Source: Balneola sp. (lineage in GTDB: Bacteria; Bacteroidota; Rhodothermia; Balneolales; Balneolaceae). From it: DNA of 24,000 nt. A program made the translations under genes and the position numbers. This document shows, one piece after another, positions 21,790 to 24,000 of the stretch. The notes under the pieces were generated by a model that worked only from the letters and a program-made list of their open reading frames with translations, was not told where the DNA came from and made no database searches. The stretch is from NCBI GenBank assembly GCA_048058975.1, contig JBLLNP010000010.1, positions 59,473 to 83,472 of the forward strand. The letters run 5' to 3'. Within the stretch, counting starts at the first letter, position 1. The number at the start of each line of letters is the position of its first letter.

Positions 21790-22713
21790 CTAGTAAACCT
21801 CTTCGAATGTTCTGTCTGAGGGCTTGAGCATGTCTTTTACTTCTTCCCAGCTCCACTCATTCGGATCTTCTGATTCCGGTTGTCCCTTTAGTCTGAGGTA
21901 ATCCATAAATCCTTTTTTTGCCAGGTTATGATAAATCCCGGATTCCATCCCTTTCATCCCGCAGAGGTAGATTAGTGTGTTGTCTTTACCCAAAATCGGA
22001 CTCAGGATTTCTTCCTGATCATCAATAGCAGTCTGAACGTAATACTTACTTCCATCTTCGCGCCGGTCTTCCCTGGAAATCATTTTGATGTAGTGAAAAT
22101 TCTCGTGTTTCTCAGCCATTTCTGTAAAAAACTTAGGGTAAAGTAAATCTGTGCGATATGGACATCCAAAAACCAATGCTACCTCACCCTTAAAATTATT
22201 CTCGAACAATTCAATGATCATCCCTCTGAAAGGAGCAATCCCGGTTCCAGTTGCAAAAAATACAAAATTGAAGTCATCCACATTTTCGGGAAGTAAATAA
22301 CGACGACCGCTTGGCCCGGTAACTTTCAACTTATCTCCCGGTTTTAGATTGCATAAGTAATTTGAGCACACTCCCATATAGAAAGTACCATCAACTTCAT
22401 CCATAGCCCGCTTAACTGTTGTTGATACCAGATGTTTTTTCCCGCCTTCTCCATTTGAAGGTGATGAAACCGAATACAAACGAAGTTTATGAGGTTTTCC
22501 TTTTTCATCTTCTCCGGGAGGTAAAACACCTATTGATTGACCTACTCTGAACTTACCCTCCAAGTCTGTACCTGATATATCAAATGTCATGTGTCGGACG
22601 ATATTCGGGCTACTCTCCGCCGTACATACATAGTTTTCCACTACGGTTGCTTCCGTGGGATTTTTTGGGGAATGAATATTTAGTTCTACTTCCGGTAAAA
22701 TTATTTCTGGCAT
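21790..22713 (-). CDS. Ferredoxin--NADP+ reductase, plant-type (FNR family)
   Basis: The FAD motif is RLYSVSS. Other motifs are GVCSNYLC, the NADP motif ATGTGIAPFRGM and CGMKGMESGI. The terminal aromatic residue is ...EEVY-COOH. Confidence 0.9.
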   Translation of the reverse strand: MPEIILPEVELNIHSPKNPTEATVVENYVCTAESSPNIVRHMTFDISGTDLEGKFRVGQSIGVLPPGEDEKGKPHKLRLYSVSSPSNGEGGKKHLVSTTVKRAMDEVDGTFYMGVCSNYLCNLKPGDKLKVTGPSGRRYLLPENVDDFNFVFFATGTGIAPFRGMIIELFENNFKGEVALVFGCPYRTDLLYPKFFTEMAEKHENFHYIKMISREDRREDGSKYYVQTAIDDQEEILSPILGKDNTLIYLCGMKGMESGIYHNLAKKGFMDYLRLKGQPESEDPNEWSWEEVKDMLKPSDRTFEEVY

Positions 22714-22736
22714 AACTTAAATGATTGAGTGCATAA

Positions 22737-22769
22737 AAAAATCCCAGTCAATGTAATGACTGGGATTTT
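22737..22769 (-). terminator. Rho-independent terminator of the 22814-23500 gene
   Basis: A perfect stem AAAATCCCAGTCA / TGACTGGGATTTT with loop ATGTAA. On the minus strand it is followed by a 7-T run (complement of A 22734-22740). Confidence 0.8.
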
Positions 22770-22813
22770 AAATAAGAAGTATGAATTAATTAAGTAGAAG
22801 TAAGCCTGATCAA

Positions 22814-23500
22814 TTATTGATTACTGATACGGTATCGTACCAGCTCATCAACAGTAGGCCTCTCTCCTCTCTCTTCTATCAACCTTTCAGCTAACCGATC
22901 TGTCACATTAATGCTTCTCATTCGCATCAGATTTTTAGTGAGCTCTTCAAGAGTATAGCCTAAATCCATCATGCGGCTTGTAAAGTTTGCAGTAACCCCA
23001 TTTCGTCGAGTTTCAATTAAATCATCAATGGTAAAATCATATCCAAGCTCCTTCATCATACTGGCGTAAGTCGCACTTACATCTGCATCCTGTAATGCAA
23101 CTAGTTGTTCTAAGGTAACATTAGTGTAACCAATATCGTGGAGTCGCTGTGTTTCTGTTGCAGTTACTCCCTCATCACGTAATGAAGTAAGCTCCTCATT
23201 AGTTAGTGTACCATAACCAAGTTGTTCCATCCATTCACCCATACCAGCCAGAAGGTCGGCATCATATTCGTTAAACGACTGTACTACTTCAGAAATAGGG
23301 TTTTCGAAATCAGAAAAGAAATTACTTACTCTGTTTCCTGCATAGAATATCAGGGAACCTATGAATAGAATTACTAATATATAATTAGCTGTTTTAGGGC
23401 TGCCAGATTCTGATTTTGATGAAACACCTAAACCAGAAGCTTCTGTTTCGCTTTCTAAATCCTGCAAGTCGTTTTTTAGATTCCTGAACTTTGTATTCAT
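22814..23500 (-). CDS. Single-pass membrane protein with about five tandem 28-30-aa GY...L(T/S)xEEL...GV(T/S)A repeats; hypothetical
   Basis: 228 aa with a charged N-terminus and TM helix YILVILFIGSLIFYAG. The repeats are LGYGTLTNEELTSLRDEGVTATETQRLHD / IGYTNVTLEQLVALQDADVSATYASMMKE / LGYDFTIDDLIETRRNGVTANFTSRMMD / LGYTLEELTKNLMRMRSINVTDRLAERLIEE / RGERPTVDELVRYR. Confidence 0.65.
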   Translation of the reverse strand: MNTKFRNLKNDLQDLESETEASGLGVSSKSESGSPKTANYILVILFIGSLIFYAGNRVSNFFSDFENPISEVVQSFNEYDADLLAGMGEWMEQLGYGTLTNEELTSLRDEGVTATETQRLHDIGYTNVTLEQLVALQDADVSATYASMMKELGYDFTIDDLIETRRNGVTANFTSRMMDLGYTLEELTKNLMRMRSINVTDRLAERLIEERGERPTVDELVRYRISNQ

Positions 23501-23569
23501 AGTTTGCCCATCAATTTGCGGGAAGGTTACGCAACTGTGAGCCTAAAGATGCATAAAAAGCTCTAATTT

Positions 23570-23944
23570 TTAAACTAACTCGAAAGATTTTGTGAGATCA
23601 TTTAAAGTGAACGGTTTTGTGATCAAATCGATGCACTCTGTAGCACGGGCACGGTCGTAATTAACACGATCTGAATTTCCGGTAAGATAGATTACTGAAG
23701 TTGAAATCTTTTCCTTAATAGCTGTTACAGCCTCAATGCCATCCATTTCACCTTTCAAACGAATATCCATAAGTATTAAGTCTGGCTTGCTCTCAAATGC
23801 AAATTCGATTGCCTCCTGCCCCGATGCTGCCTTGCCTATAACTTCATGTCCTAGCTCTCTAACCATGTTTTCTATTACAAGTGAGATGATCATGTCATCT
23901 TCAACAATTAGTACTCGTTTCTTCTTTCCTAGTAATTCTGTCAA
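23570..23944 (-). CDS. Stand-alone response-regulator receiver domain (CheY-like)
   Basis: 124 aa. It has the acidic pocket in KRVLIVEDD, the phospho-acceptor Asp in DLILMDIRL, the conserved T in VIYLTG and K in ITKPF. There is no output domain. Confidence 0.9.
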   Translation of the reverse strand: MTELLGKKKRVLIVEDDMIISLVIENMVRELGHEVIGKAASGQEAIEFAFESKPDLILMDIRLKGEMDGIEAVTAIKEKISTSVIYLTGNSDRVNYDRARATECIDLITKPFTLNDLTKSFELV

Positions 23945-24000
23945 TGTATTACTTCTTTATTTATAATTAATGAAATTGTCCTTCTACTATCACAGCTAAT

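Noticed and set aside
1-24000. tRNA, rRNA, CRISPR arrays, IS elements, integrases or a prophage boundary flanking the accessory block
   Set aside because: No direct-repeat arrays, transposase- or integrase-like ORFs or tRNA-like sequences are visible. All intergenic gaps are 208 nt or shorter and AT-rich. The accessory block ends at a plain bidirectional terminator next to the pdh genes.

Overview
The window is 24 kb at roughly 40% GC, from a bacterium that uses Shine-Dalgarno sites. The protein sequences suggest a Bacteroidota/Balneolota-like organism, but I cannot prove that from sequence alone.

The window splits into two parts.

(A) nt 1-14862 is one co-directional (+) accessory block of 16 tightly packed genes:
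- (i) The 3' end of a large fibre-associated gene, three N-terminally anchored pseudopilin/PilX-like genes and a small secreted protein (1-3458).
- (ii) A chaperone-usher-like fimbrial module (3557-9893). It has four paralogous SCPU/DUF4402-type secreted subunits, a PapD-like periplasmic chaperone and a roughly 1000-aa usher-like outer-membrane protein.
- (iii) A motor-like module 2 nt downstream of the usher stop (9896-14862). It has a membrane protein combining a FliF-like periplasmic segment with a complete FliG-like cytoplasmic region, a TPR lipoprotein, a MotA-type channel, and a MotB-type protein carrying an OmpA-like domain plus three SPOR-like domains.

No other flagellar genes are present. 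I read (ii)+(iii) as a candidate undescribed proton-motive-force (PMF)-coupled, non-flagellar surface-fibre machine.

(B) nt 14918-24000 holds ordinary core genes:
- pyruvate dehydrogenase E2/E1beta/E1alpha
- alaS
- a DUF502 membrane protein
- a plant-type ferredoxin-NADP reductase
- a membrane protein with tandem 29-aa repeats
- an orphan receiver domain

I found no tRNA, rRNA, CRISPR array or IS element. All family names come from motif recognition by eye; no database search was possible.
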